A stretch of DNA of 64,000 bases. Source: Chrysomallon squamiferum (lineage: Eukaryota > Animalia > Mollusca). Positions within the stretch are counted from its first letter, which is position 1, and each line of letters opens with the position of its first letter. The notes below the pieces were generated by a model, which saw only the letters and a program-made list of their open reading frames with translations, ran no database searches and was not told the origin of the DNA. The DNA is taken from contig CM022674.1 of NCBI GenBank assembly GCA_012295275.1, positions 7,998,001 through 8,062,000 on the forward strand. Direction: 5' to 3'. Positions 16,701 through 27,033 of this stretch are shown here, in pieces. The position numbers and the translations under genes are program-made.

Positions 16701-19700
16701 AAAACAAAACAAACATTGTTATTTAGTATAACACAAACATTGTTATTTAGTATAACACAAACATTGTTATTTAGTATAACACAAACATTGTTATTTAGTA
16801 TAACACAAAACATTGTTATTTAGTATAACACAAACATTGTTATTTAGTATAACACAAACATTGTTATTTAGTATAACAAAAACATTGTTATTTAGTATAA
16901 CACAAACATTTGTTATTTAGTATAACACAAACATTGTTATTTAGTATATAACACAAACATTGTTATTTAGTATAACACAAACATTGTTATTTAGTATAAC
17001 ACAAACATTGTTATTTAGTATAACACAAACATTGTTATTTAGTATAACACAAACATTGTTATTTAGTATAACACAAAACATTGTTATTTAGTATAACACA
17101 AACATTGTTATTTAGTATAACAACAAAACATTGTTATTTAGTATAACACAAACATTGTTATTTAGTATAACACAAACATTGTTATTTAGTATAACACAAA
17201 CATTGTTATTTAGTATAACAAGAACAGAGTTATTTAGTATAACACAAACATTGTTATTTAGTATAACACAAACATTGTTATTTAGTATAACACAAACATT
17301 GTTATTTAGTATAACACAAACATTGTTATTTAGTATAACACAAACATTGTTATTTAGTATAACAACAAAACATTGTTATTTAGTATAACACAAACATTGT
17401 TATTTAGTTATAATACAAAACATTGTTATTTAACACAAACATTGTTATTTAGTATAACACAAAACATTGTTATTTAGTATAACACAAACATTGTTATTTA
17501 TAACACAAACATTGTTATTTAGTATAACACAAACATTGTTATTTAGTATAACACAAACATTGTTATTTATAATAACAAAACATTGTTATTTAGTATAACA
17601 CAAACATTGTTATTTTGGTATAACACAAACATTGTTATTTAGTATAACACAAACATTGTTATTTAGTATAACACAAACATTGTTATTTAGTATAACACAA
17701 ACATTGTTATTTAGTATAACACAAACATTGTTATTTAGTATAACACAAACATTGTTATTTAGTATAACAATAAAAGAGTTATTTAGTATAACACAAAACA
17801 TTGTTATTTAGTATAACAAAAACATTGTTATTTAGTATAACACAAACATTGTTATTTAGTATAACACAAACATTGTTATTTAGTATAACACAAACATTGT
17901 TATTTAGTATAACAATAACAGAGTTATTTAGTATAACAACAAACATTGTTATTTATTATAACACAAACATTGTTATTTAGTATAACAAAACATTGTTATT
18001 TAGTATAACAAAACATTGTTATTTAGTATAACAAACAAACATTGTTATTTAACATTGTTATTTAGTATAACAAAAACATTGTTATTTAGTATAACACAAA
18101 CATTGTTATTTAGTATAACACAAACATTGTTATTTAGTATAACACAAACATTGTTATTTAGTATAACACAAACATTGTTATTTATAACAAACAATAACAC
18201 ATAACACAACATTTTATTTAGTATAACAATAACAGTTATTTTGTATAACACAAACATTATTTAGTATAACAATAACACTGTTATTTAATATAACACAAAC
18301 AGTGTTATTTAGTATAACAATAACAGAGTTATTTACTATAACACAAACTGTGTTATTTAGTATAACAAGAACAGAGTTATTTCTTATAACACTGAGACTG
18401 TTATTTGACAGGTGTTGCTGTATCAGCTGACTAAACAAGACAAATACAGAGAGGACATTGAGGCGACTCTGAAGAACTGGCTGCCAGGTGGAACTATACC
18501 GTACACTCCTAAAGGACTGGCGTTCGCTTTACAGTGGGGCTCACTTAGATATGCAGGTAAAAATGAACAAATAATCAATTAAAACACGCAAAGACAGAGG
18601 CAATAAATAAATAAATAAATTAATTAATTAATTAAATAAATAATCAAAATTGTTAATAACTTAGTTTGTGTATCAAGAACAAGATTAAATGAATAAATTT
18701 ATTATATATTATTATTATTATTCAGCAAATATGGCCATGATTGCTCTGATGGCGGCCAATGCTGGTATCCATCCTGAAAAATACAGAGAATGGGCCAAAT
18801 CGCAGATTCATTACATGCTCGGAGACACCGGCCGCAGCTACGTCGTCGGCTTCGGTGAAAACGCGCCAAGCAGTCCTCATCATGCCTCGAGGTTAGTGAT
18901 TGTCACTGACAGGACTCGTTAATATTAAAATTCCTTAACAAAAGCAAAACCAGTAGAAGAAACTAAATTTATGACCGTAGGAACTAGGGTAACAGAGGCT
19001 GCGGGTTTCTTCCCAACAATTTGATCATTTCAGATCTTTACAAAAGTTTGTTTGTGTTGCAAAATTGTAACTAAACGCTCCTTAATGTTTTACATCGTTA
19101 GACCGATGTCCCAATTTCACAACTATTCCGACAGACGTAAGATATATAAAAACAGGTGATTCTTCGGTTATGCTTGGGTTTTCTTTTTTAGGGGTTTTTG
19201 CCATGTTTTCATAGTTCAGTAAAAATTCGTATTTTATATAATTGACGTAGTAGTTTCATGTAGAGCATACAATTAATTCTCTGTTCTCTCTGTGCAGCAG
19301 TGGAGTGTAGTCTCTCTAGAGGTGTGATCCAAAGAGTTAACGTATATCTGAGCAGTTTTTAAACGCACCATGATTATTTATAATAATAAACTAGTTATTA
19401 AAAACTAAAACATTAAGCAAAACTGACGTATATATCATAACGTGTTGCTTGTATTTTCGATGTATACACATACACGTACATACACAATATTTAAATTAAT
19501 CAAACAGTCTGAAAATGTCATGTTTTGCTGTGTGTTATCTGTCTTCCATCAACTTGCAGTTCCTGTGACCCGCCGCCATGGAGCTGTACGTGGGCAGATT
19601 TCTCTAAGGCGGAGGCGAACCCTCACACACTGTACGGCGCTCTGGTAGGAGGTCCCGACATGTTCGATAACTTCGTGGACGATCGAGCAGACTACATCCA

Positions 19701-20186
19701 GAACGAGGTTACATGTGACTATAACGCTGGCTTCCAGTCCGCTGTTGCAGGTTAGAACAAACTCCTCCTCGTACACTGTTGTATAACAACAACAACAACA
19801 ACAGTAACAACAACAATAACAACAACGACAACAGTAACAACAACGACAATAATAACAACAACAACATTAACAGCAATCACAACGATAATAACATTCAATA
19901 TAATGATAACATGAGACAATAATGGTGATGATGACGATGACGTTTATGATATAAAAAAAAGAACATCCAGTTACTTTTTCTTAGCTAGTTCACAAGTTTT
20001 GTGTGTGTGTGTGTATATATACATATAATCTTAACGATATCATAAGAAATATATGCATTCACAGTTAAAATAACGATGTTTCCAGGTTTGATGCAGGATC
20101 GACTGAGACACTCTAAGACACTGGGACATCTACGTCTGAAGAACGCAGCCGGTATGAAGCTGAAGGAAATACGACAGATTGGCTGA
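220..20186 (+). CDS. Glycoside hydrolase family 9 endo-1,4-beta-glucanase (cellulase); 5' part lies upstream of the window
   Basis: Phase-consistent GT-AG exons 220-379, 881-992, 1775-1925, 18412-18556, 18726-18891, 19560-19750, 20086-20186 (TGA). GH9 motifs: [109 protein letters not shown] (catalytic Glu present). Confidence 0.96.
1655..1725. repeat. (CA)n microsatellite
   Basis: Direct read of the sequence. Confidence 0.95.
1954..18405. repeat. 24-bp tandem satellite, consensus TTGTTATTTAGTATAACACAAACA, roughly 680 units, filling almost all of GH9 intron 1926-18411
   Basis: The unit is read directly and translates as LLFSITQT / VCVILNNN repeats. Recurrent variants: AACAAGAACAGAGTTAT, ATAATAAAAGAGTTAT, TTTTGGTATAAC. 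The array degenerates near 18200-18405. Confidence 0.98.
11560..11759. other. Assembly gap (200 N) inside the satellite
   Basis: Run of N. The true array length is therefore unknown. Confidence 0.99.
19785..19945. repeat. Degenerate (AAC)n/(AAT)n/(GAT)n trinucleotide tract in the last GH9 intron
   Basis: Direct read. Confidence 0.85.
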
Positions 20187-21877
20187 TACGGAGTTATCTC
20201 CACCTGCTGCATAATAGCGTAACACACACATTCCTGGAGGATTTTATTTCAAAACGTCCATCATAAAAATAACAATGCGTCTCCAAAGTTTTTTTTTATT
20301 CTTGGCATGAACATGAGAATTATTAAATAATTTATAAATATGAATTTTATTCAGATTACTCTAAATATAAGTTAATTAGAAAAAAAAAAATTGATTTAAG
20401 AACGATAACTTGGGCGAATGGGGACTCTTTGGTTAAGGAAGGCAGAAAACTAGATAAGCCCCAAATTTAACACAGGTAAGGGATTTTCTTTTTCTTTTGC
20501 TTATTAAAAAAAAAAAATACAAGTTCAAACACAATATTGTTTAATTATTAAAGTAAAACTGAAACGTAAAGATTCTATTTAGTCACAAAATGACAGAGGT
20601 GACATTATGATTCATACTAATTATTAAAATACGTTTCATATTCTGAAATAATAAAAGTATGTACGTACAAAGAAAATAATTCAACTGTATTCATCACTAA
20701 TTTATTAACTTCAAAGGTTTTGGGTTGTTTTATGCACATACAGAGTAGAAAACTGTTGTTAAGCTTGCAGATGTTGTGTATATAAATGTATGAATTTCAT
20801 AATGTATATAAATATTTGTGTGTTGTAATATAAATAAATATTATTCGTGTTCCTCAGAAGAATTAATAAAATATATAATATGTATACATACATACTTATG
20901 AATGATTAATTAAAGTATTGTAACTTTTAATAAGACAACACGCACACAAATACACGCGCACTACATACGAACATGTAAAATCATTTTTCAAATCAAATGT
21001 TTTAAAATTAACACCCACTGTATTAACATGTATCACCAGTGTCTTATTTTAACACTTCTTTGTTGTGGCATCCGCCGGTTATTACCACTTTCATGCTGCT
21101 GGTTATTTTGCACCTACAGGTCGGGTTATTTTGCACCTTGTTACTATTGGTTACTATCTGGCACAGTTCATTAGCTGTTTTTTACGAGAAGAAAATGTAT
21201 TTTTAATACTTTCACGTTATTGTTCTAATCTTTTTGATGTTAATATAACTACATGAAATGACGTCACAGTTACTTTATTATTAGGAACGGCTGATATCCA
21301 CGTAAACCTTGTATTATGGATTTCATTAATGTGTGATACGTTAACTGAAAGTTTGGTGGTCAATATAGCCTTGAGTCCAAAATTCAAGAAGTTTTAATGT
21401 GTCTGTGTATATCAAAATGTAACGAATCATACTTCAATGTAATGTTTAGATTGTAAATGTTTTGTTATTGTCTAATGTAATGCGAAAATATTATTATCTG
21501 GAACATTCAAGTACGCAACATAACCACCCCCTCAAAAAAAAAAAAAAAAAAAAAAAAATTAAATTAAATAAAAATTAAAAATATAAAGTAAAAGAAAATC
21601 AACAAATTAAACAATTATTTGGAGCATACAAAATACTTTAGTCTATTTGTTTTAACATCATTTGTACATTTTAACATATAAATACATTTGTGTTGTTGTT
21701 TTTTTGAGACAGTGAGGAAAGGATGGTGTCTGTCTCACATCCTCCCATGCACATCAGTGATTTGTTAATAAATAAAGCTTTCAGTTAACAGTGTCAGTGT
21801 TTTCTTTGCCTTCTGCTTACAAACAGACGATAGGTATGTAACCGCGGAATGGGGTTTATTTATTTAACTTGTACGAT

Positions 21878-21946
<69 letters not shown>

Positions 21947-22461
21947 AATCAAATGTATTTTAGAAAGACTTTCTCCTTTTCAAGATTTTGTTCTTGTTTT
22001 CACTGATGTTGCTTTCCTCTTTCGGGAAAAAGGTCTGGAACAATAAGTCCAAATTCAGACAAAGATAATATTTAAAACAGATTTTATTAGACAGTAATGA
22101 AATTAATATTCAGTATACTAAACAATGAAAACATACCTAAAAGCTATAATGAAAAGAGAGAGACACATATAAAATATATCCACGTCAATACATACATTTA
22201 AACATACATAAATATACATATATACAATATTTATACATCCAGACACATACACACACACACATATATATACATATATATATAAATACAGACACATACCAAG
22301 ATATATATACACATACACGTAAATACATACATACATACATATACACACACTTATATAACACACACATACACACACACACACACACAAAAAACAACACACA
22401 TAACATATAATTAATTGATTTTTATTTTTATTTATCCTAACAAACAGTTAATCTCATAAAT

Positions 22462-23941
22462 CTAAAGACCTGGGCAAAAACAGTGAGTTTCCGGACAATA
22501 TCCCATGGGACAGTTAATAACACACCATTTGTCAACCTTTGTTTGCCCAGTCCACTCATTCGCTGCTTTACAGTTTGGCCAGTCTTTTGGAATAATTGTA
22601 ACAGGCGATATCCAGAATTTTTCTTTCTTTGTCGTGAAAGTCGCTGACGTCGATGTGGATGGAGTGACAGGACACTGTGTAAGAACGGAAACATCCGCAC
22701 AGTTGATGAACTGTTCCTGAGCACCGTGCCCGAGACCACAGCCTGTGACGTCACATCCCCAGTTATTTCCTGTATAGTAAAAACAGTACTTTTAGTAAAA
22801 ATAATAGCAATAGCAGTAAAAAAATAATAAAAACAGAAACATTAGTAGTGACATAAATAAATCAATAAATAATAATAATAATAATAATAAAGTTAAGTTG
22901 TTTAACGTAATGATTTCAAGGTAAATGAAAGATGAAATAATATTTACCTGCAGCATACGTCCACTGAAGTATGCACTGTTCGCATTCTAGATCTTTGGGC
23001 AGTTTTACTCTGAATTCTATAACCCTTTCGAACTTAGAGACTCTATAAACGTCCCCGATAGATAAGCCATTTTTATGTTGCATTTGAAGTTGATGTTTAT
23101 CAAAACACGCATGTGTTGCAGGCGTCGTTACGTCATTGTGTTCACACAAACGGAACTGTATTGTTCCAAGGTGATTTGAAGTCAGGACTATTTTCACGTC
23201 GATGCTGATGGTGCCCTTTTTATAACATCTGGAAATGACACCTAACAGTAGAAGAAAATAGAAGAGATAGGTGGTTTTTTTATTTTTGTTGTTGTCGTTT
23301 TTATTCTTAGTTAATCGTCATTCAATTATATTACCCGTTGAAACCAGTGCCCCATGATTACTGGAAACAAAAATAACAAAGCTACGAAATGTTTTTTGTT
23401 TTATAAATGGAGCAAATATAGCAATCGCTAACGGTTAAGAGTGGATTATGATGATATGGTTTTCCTCTTTCATACTAAAACATCATATACTGACACATGA
23501 TAAATAACGATATATACACTGACATTAATAAATAACAGTATTTACATTGACGTTAATAAATAACAGTAAATACACTGAGGTTAATAAATAACAGAATATA
23601 CATTGAGGTTAATAAATAACTGTATTTACACTGAGATTAATAATATCAGTATATACATTGAGATTTCTTAACCATACATTCGTTCAATCACCTTTTCGAG
23701 GTTTGTAAAGTTGCATCTTTATTAGTGCCACAGTTTACTGAGATTTTGTTAAATTATAACAGGAATTTAATTTAAAAATCTTTATATATACCATCCATCC
23801 ATCCACCTATTTTATTTTATTGTTCAGTAGGGAGAGGGGGCGATGAATGTATATGTTTGTTCCATGGTGTTGTTTTCTGGAGTGTTTCGTGGATTTTGGA
23901 CTTTTTGTTTTTCTTTTGATATTGTTTTTACTTTTTTATTA

Positions 23942-23972
<31 letters not shown>

Positions 23973-24332
23973 AGTCTTTACGTTTTATATCACCACCTAC
24001 CGGTTGCATATTTTCCGAATGGCGGTTGATTAGCCAGTGGTCCGCTGTAGGGGTCGCCACAAACACCACATTTACCTTTATAGCGATCCCAGTGCGCCTG
24101 AAAATATTATTTGTATCATTTTTAGAGTTATCTCCCTCAATATGAAAGTCACTGGTCGTTAGAAATCAAAAATGTATTGTATTTCTAGAAATATATGTGT
24201 CTGTGTGTGTGTGTGTGTGTGTGTGTTTTTGTAACAATTATAAATATATGTTTTAAAAATGAATTAAAAATGTTTTTAATACTGAAAAAAAATCTTTTAA
24301 TGATAATTCTATAATTATTTCAGAACAGATAT

Positions 24333-24391
<59 letters not shown>

Positions 24392-24601
24392 GATGATGAT
24401 GATGATTAAAAATGTAAAAGATGCTGATGATGATTAGATGATACTTACACCATATCCGCCGCAGTTCAGCTGATTGTCGTTATAATTTCTAGGCATGTCG
24501 GATCTCTCTCGCCAGAAACTTGATCGCTGGGGTGGTACCAGTAAATATCCGTGAGGTCGACAGAGAGAAGGCAGCATGAGTGCTATTACAAAAAGTAACA
24601 T
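22462..24601 (-). CDS. Secreted lytic polysaccharide monooxygenase, AA15-type (LPMO_10/chitin-binding type-4 fold), 283 aa, with Ser/Thr linker and C-terminal 6-Cys module
   Basis: Exons 24601-24449, 24097-24001, 23241-22948, 22769-22462 (852 nt, in frame). Signal MLLFVIALMLPSLCRP, then HGYLLVPPQRSS (His1), NYNDNQLNCGG, GKCGVCGDPY, TSNHLG (second brace His), FRLC, LECEQCILQWTYAAGNNWG, QEQFINCADV (axial Phe). Tail CKAANEWTGQTKVDKWCVINCPMGYCPETHCFCPGL*. Confidence 0.93.
23487..23665. repeat. ~28-bp minisatellite (ATATACACTGACATTAATAAATAACAGT-like, ~6 diverged copies) in LPMO intron 2
   Basis: Repeated TACA(C/T)TGA..TTAATAAATAACAG units. Confidence 0.88.
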
Positions 24602-25179
24602 TCCGACCTCCGAAACAGTGTTTATAAAGTTGAGACCTGCAAGTTATCTGACTGTCTTTACCAGTGGTATTGTCAGTGTGCTCTTCCTGCGGACCTCCAA
24701 AACGTTCCCATCGTTTGGTCACAGAAGACAGCTGACTCGAGGGGGACTGGCCTACGCCTACAGACGTCTTTTTAAAATACACCTCCCTCAGGCCCGAAAG
24801 CGCCGATTAACATCACTGATACATTTAGATCTCTGACCGATAGGTAAAATACCTGCATGATAACAAATAGCCAGCGGTCATTTAGATAATGGACATAAAG
24901 TTATCGATGTGACCAATCTTTGGCCGCTTGGTCACTCTTCTCTCCGTCATATAATAGAGTAAATTAAAATACGTTACTGGTTTGTGTTGTCTGAGCAGCA
25001 TACAAGCACAAATACTCTGTCGTGGTTTGATTTCGAGTATTTGACGTTGAAAAAATGCCATGAATATTGAAAATAAAGTGAAAATGAAAACGAATAAGAA
25101 AAATATCTGTATTTATTCAAAACGTATGTATACAGTGTGTGTGCATCTGAGTTTGTGTATGTATGTCCGTATATATCAA

Positions 25180-25200
25180 CACACACACATACAAACACAA

Positions 25201-25232
<32 letters not shown>

Positions 25233-25304
25233 ACACACATACATACACACACATACACAAACACACACACAACACACACACATACACACACAACACACAT
25301 ATAT

Positions 25305-25370
<66 letters not shown>
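25180..25370. repeat. Compound (CA)n/(GA)n microsatellite
   Basis: Direct read. Further (TA)n(GA)n at ~25720-25803, (AAT)n at ~26097-26150 and (GA)n at ~26448-26527. Confidence 0.93.
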
Positions 25371-25709
25371 GAAACGACGCATATATAGTGAAATATAAAT
25401 TACTGAGTATATTTTATCACTGTCTTATAGTTATTATATTACTGTTATTCAATAAACATACTGATAACAAAGTGTTTAATGTTAATAGTCCTATCACATG
25501 TAATATAACACTTACTTTATCAAAACTACTTTGAATATTAATTATTTGTCCACCACAGCGCGGAAAGTTAAAGGGAAACTGAAACAAATAATCATATATG
25601 TGTGTGTGAGTGTTTGTGTGTGAAAATAAGTAATAACGGAAATTAAAAAGAAAAAACAAGTTCAAAAGAAAAAAGGCAATTATAAGATGAACACTAATCT
25701 TATACATAC

Positions 25710-25808
<99 letters not shown>

Positions 25809-26049
25809 TGAAACAAAAAAAAAATTTAGAAGTATGATTTATTATTGTTATGATAGATATTTATAGACTTTAACAAAGAAATATCTGTTGTTATAATAGT
25901 AAAATACTATAAAGAATGATCAAGACATATCCAGGACGATATACGTTTGAACTGAACTGTATTACAAAACTTATATATACACCTGCAATTCCATCAAGAG
26001 AAACAAGATAAAAAAAAAAATAAAATAAAATAAAAAATAAATAAATAAA

Positions 26050-26080
<31 letters not shown>

Positions 26081-26096
26081 AAAGCAACCACAACAA

Positions 26097-26152
<56 letters not shown>

Positions 26153-26363
26153 GTAAATAAATAAAATATTGCTTATAAAATCCATGAAATAACATTTCTC
26201 TAAAGAGATAAAAGATATGTATCAGTGTTAATCTCGATGAACTCGGGTTTTTATTTCAGTCGGGTTCAAACAGTCGTGAACAGTAAAACACCAGGTCGAG
26301 CCGACATTTTAAAAATATGAAATACCACCTACTAAGAAACCACACACACACACACACAAACTC

Positions 26364-26398
<35 letters not shown>

Positions 26399-26443
26399 CT
26401 GTAAAATTATAATGATTTAAGAAAATTTAAAACAGTCTAAATA

Positions 26444-26531
<88 letters not shown>

Positions 26532-26907
26532 TTTTGTTTACTTCTTAAAGTTATTTAATTATGTATTTCCATAGGAAAATAAACATATATATATATATAT
26601 GGTGCTTTACTGTATTACTTGATTGTTAGTTTTGTGAGAGACAAAAACAAATGAAATACAACTTGGAAGTGTGCTGAATATATTTAAACAGTTTTTTCGT
26701 TTGACGAAGGCAAAAGGTGTAAAGAAATGTTGGTGTTTTTCTATTTGTAAAATAATTACAAAAAGGATAATTATTGTTCGTTTTCCCTGCGTCGTTTTTT
26801 TAAAAAAAAAAAAAAAAAATTAAAAATCTGATACTCTGTAAATCAAATAATATCAAGACAATTAACGTTGGTAACAAGCAAGATTATATTTATAACGCAA
26901 GGTGCCC

Positions 26908-26950
26908 CATACGTCACTAGTTTTATTATTTTATGTTTACTTCCGCTTGT
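26908..26950 (+). promoter_or_regulatory. Probable PGD proximal promoter: CRE-like TACGTCAC and ETS-like ACTTCCGC
   Basis: Motifs about 90-125 nt upstream of the PGD ATG. Motif match only. Confidence 0.45.
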
Positions 26951-27033
26951 CTTTTTCCGATGCGGGGAGAACGACCTTGACATTGTTAACCGGCATTGAA
27001 TAAGATCGACAGGACTAAACAAGACCTAATAAA

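Noticed and set aside
1954-18405. CRISPR-like or telomeric array
   Set aside because: There are no unique spacers and no cas genes, the context is eukaryotic, and the unit is not a G-rich telomere repeat.
1954-18405. Recursive-splicing ratchet points in each unit
   Set aside because: Units read TTTAGTAT, where AG and GT share one G. A ratchet point needs AG|GT.
2036-18438. Dozens of ORFs encoding (LLFSITQT)n or (VCVILNNN)n
   Set aside because: These are stop-free frames of a 24-bp satellite inside an intron. They are broken by frequent indels and show no synonymous variation.
21065-21180. Twice-repeated GGTTATTTTGCACC and a 63-aa ORF, possibly a MITE or transposon end
   Set aside because: No matching opposite terminal repeat, target-site duplication or transposase is visible, so it cannot be supported without a repeat library.
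22118-22406. Cys/Val/Tyr-rich ORFs, and similar ones at 24974-25398, 53739-54003, 55270-55567, 57831-58128 and 58804-59019
   Set aside because: Translations of (CA)n, (TA)n, (GA)n and (AAT)n microsatellites.
22462-24601. Bacterial contamination or recent horizontal transfer of the LPMO or cellulase
   Set aside because: Both genes have multiple canonical spliceosomal introns and animal-type AA15/GH9 motifs, and they sit among ordinary metazoan genes.
24489-24836. 97-aa and 86-aa ORFs overlapping the LPMO start
   Set aside because: These are alternative-frame or antisense shadows of LPMO exon 1 and its upstream region, with no recognisable motifs.
26221-26310. CpG-richer patch resembling a Tc1/pogo-type terminal repeat (CAGTGTTAATCTCGATGAACTCG)
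   Set aside because: Only a vague resemblance, with no partner inverted repeat found.
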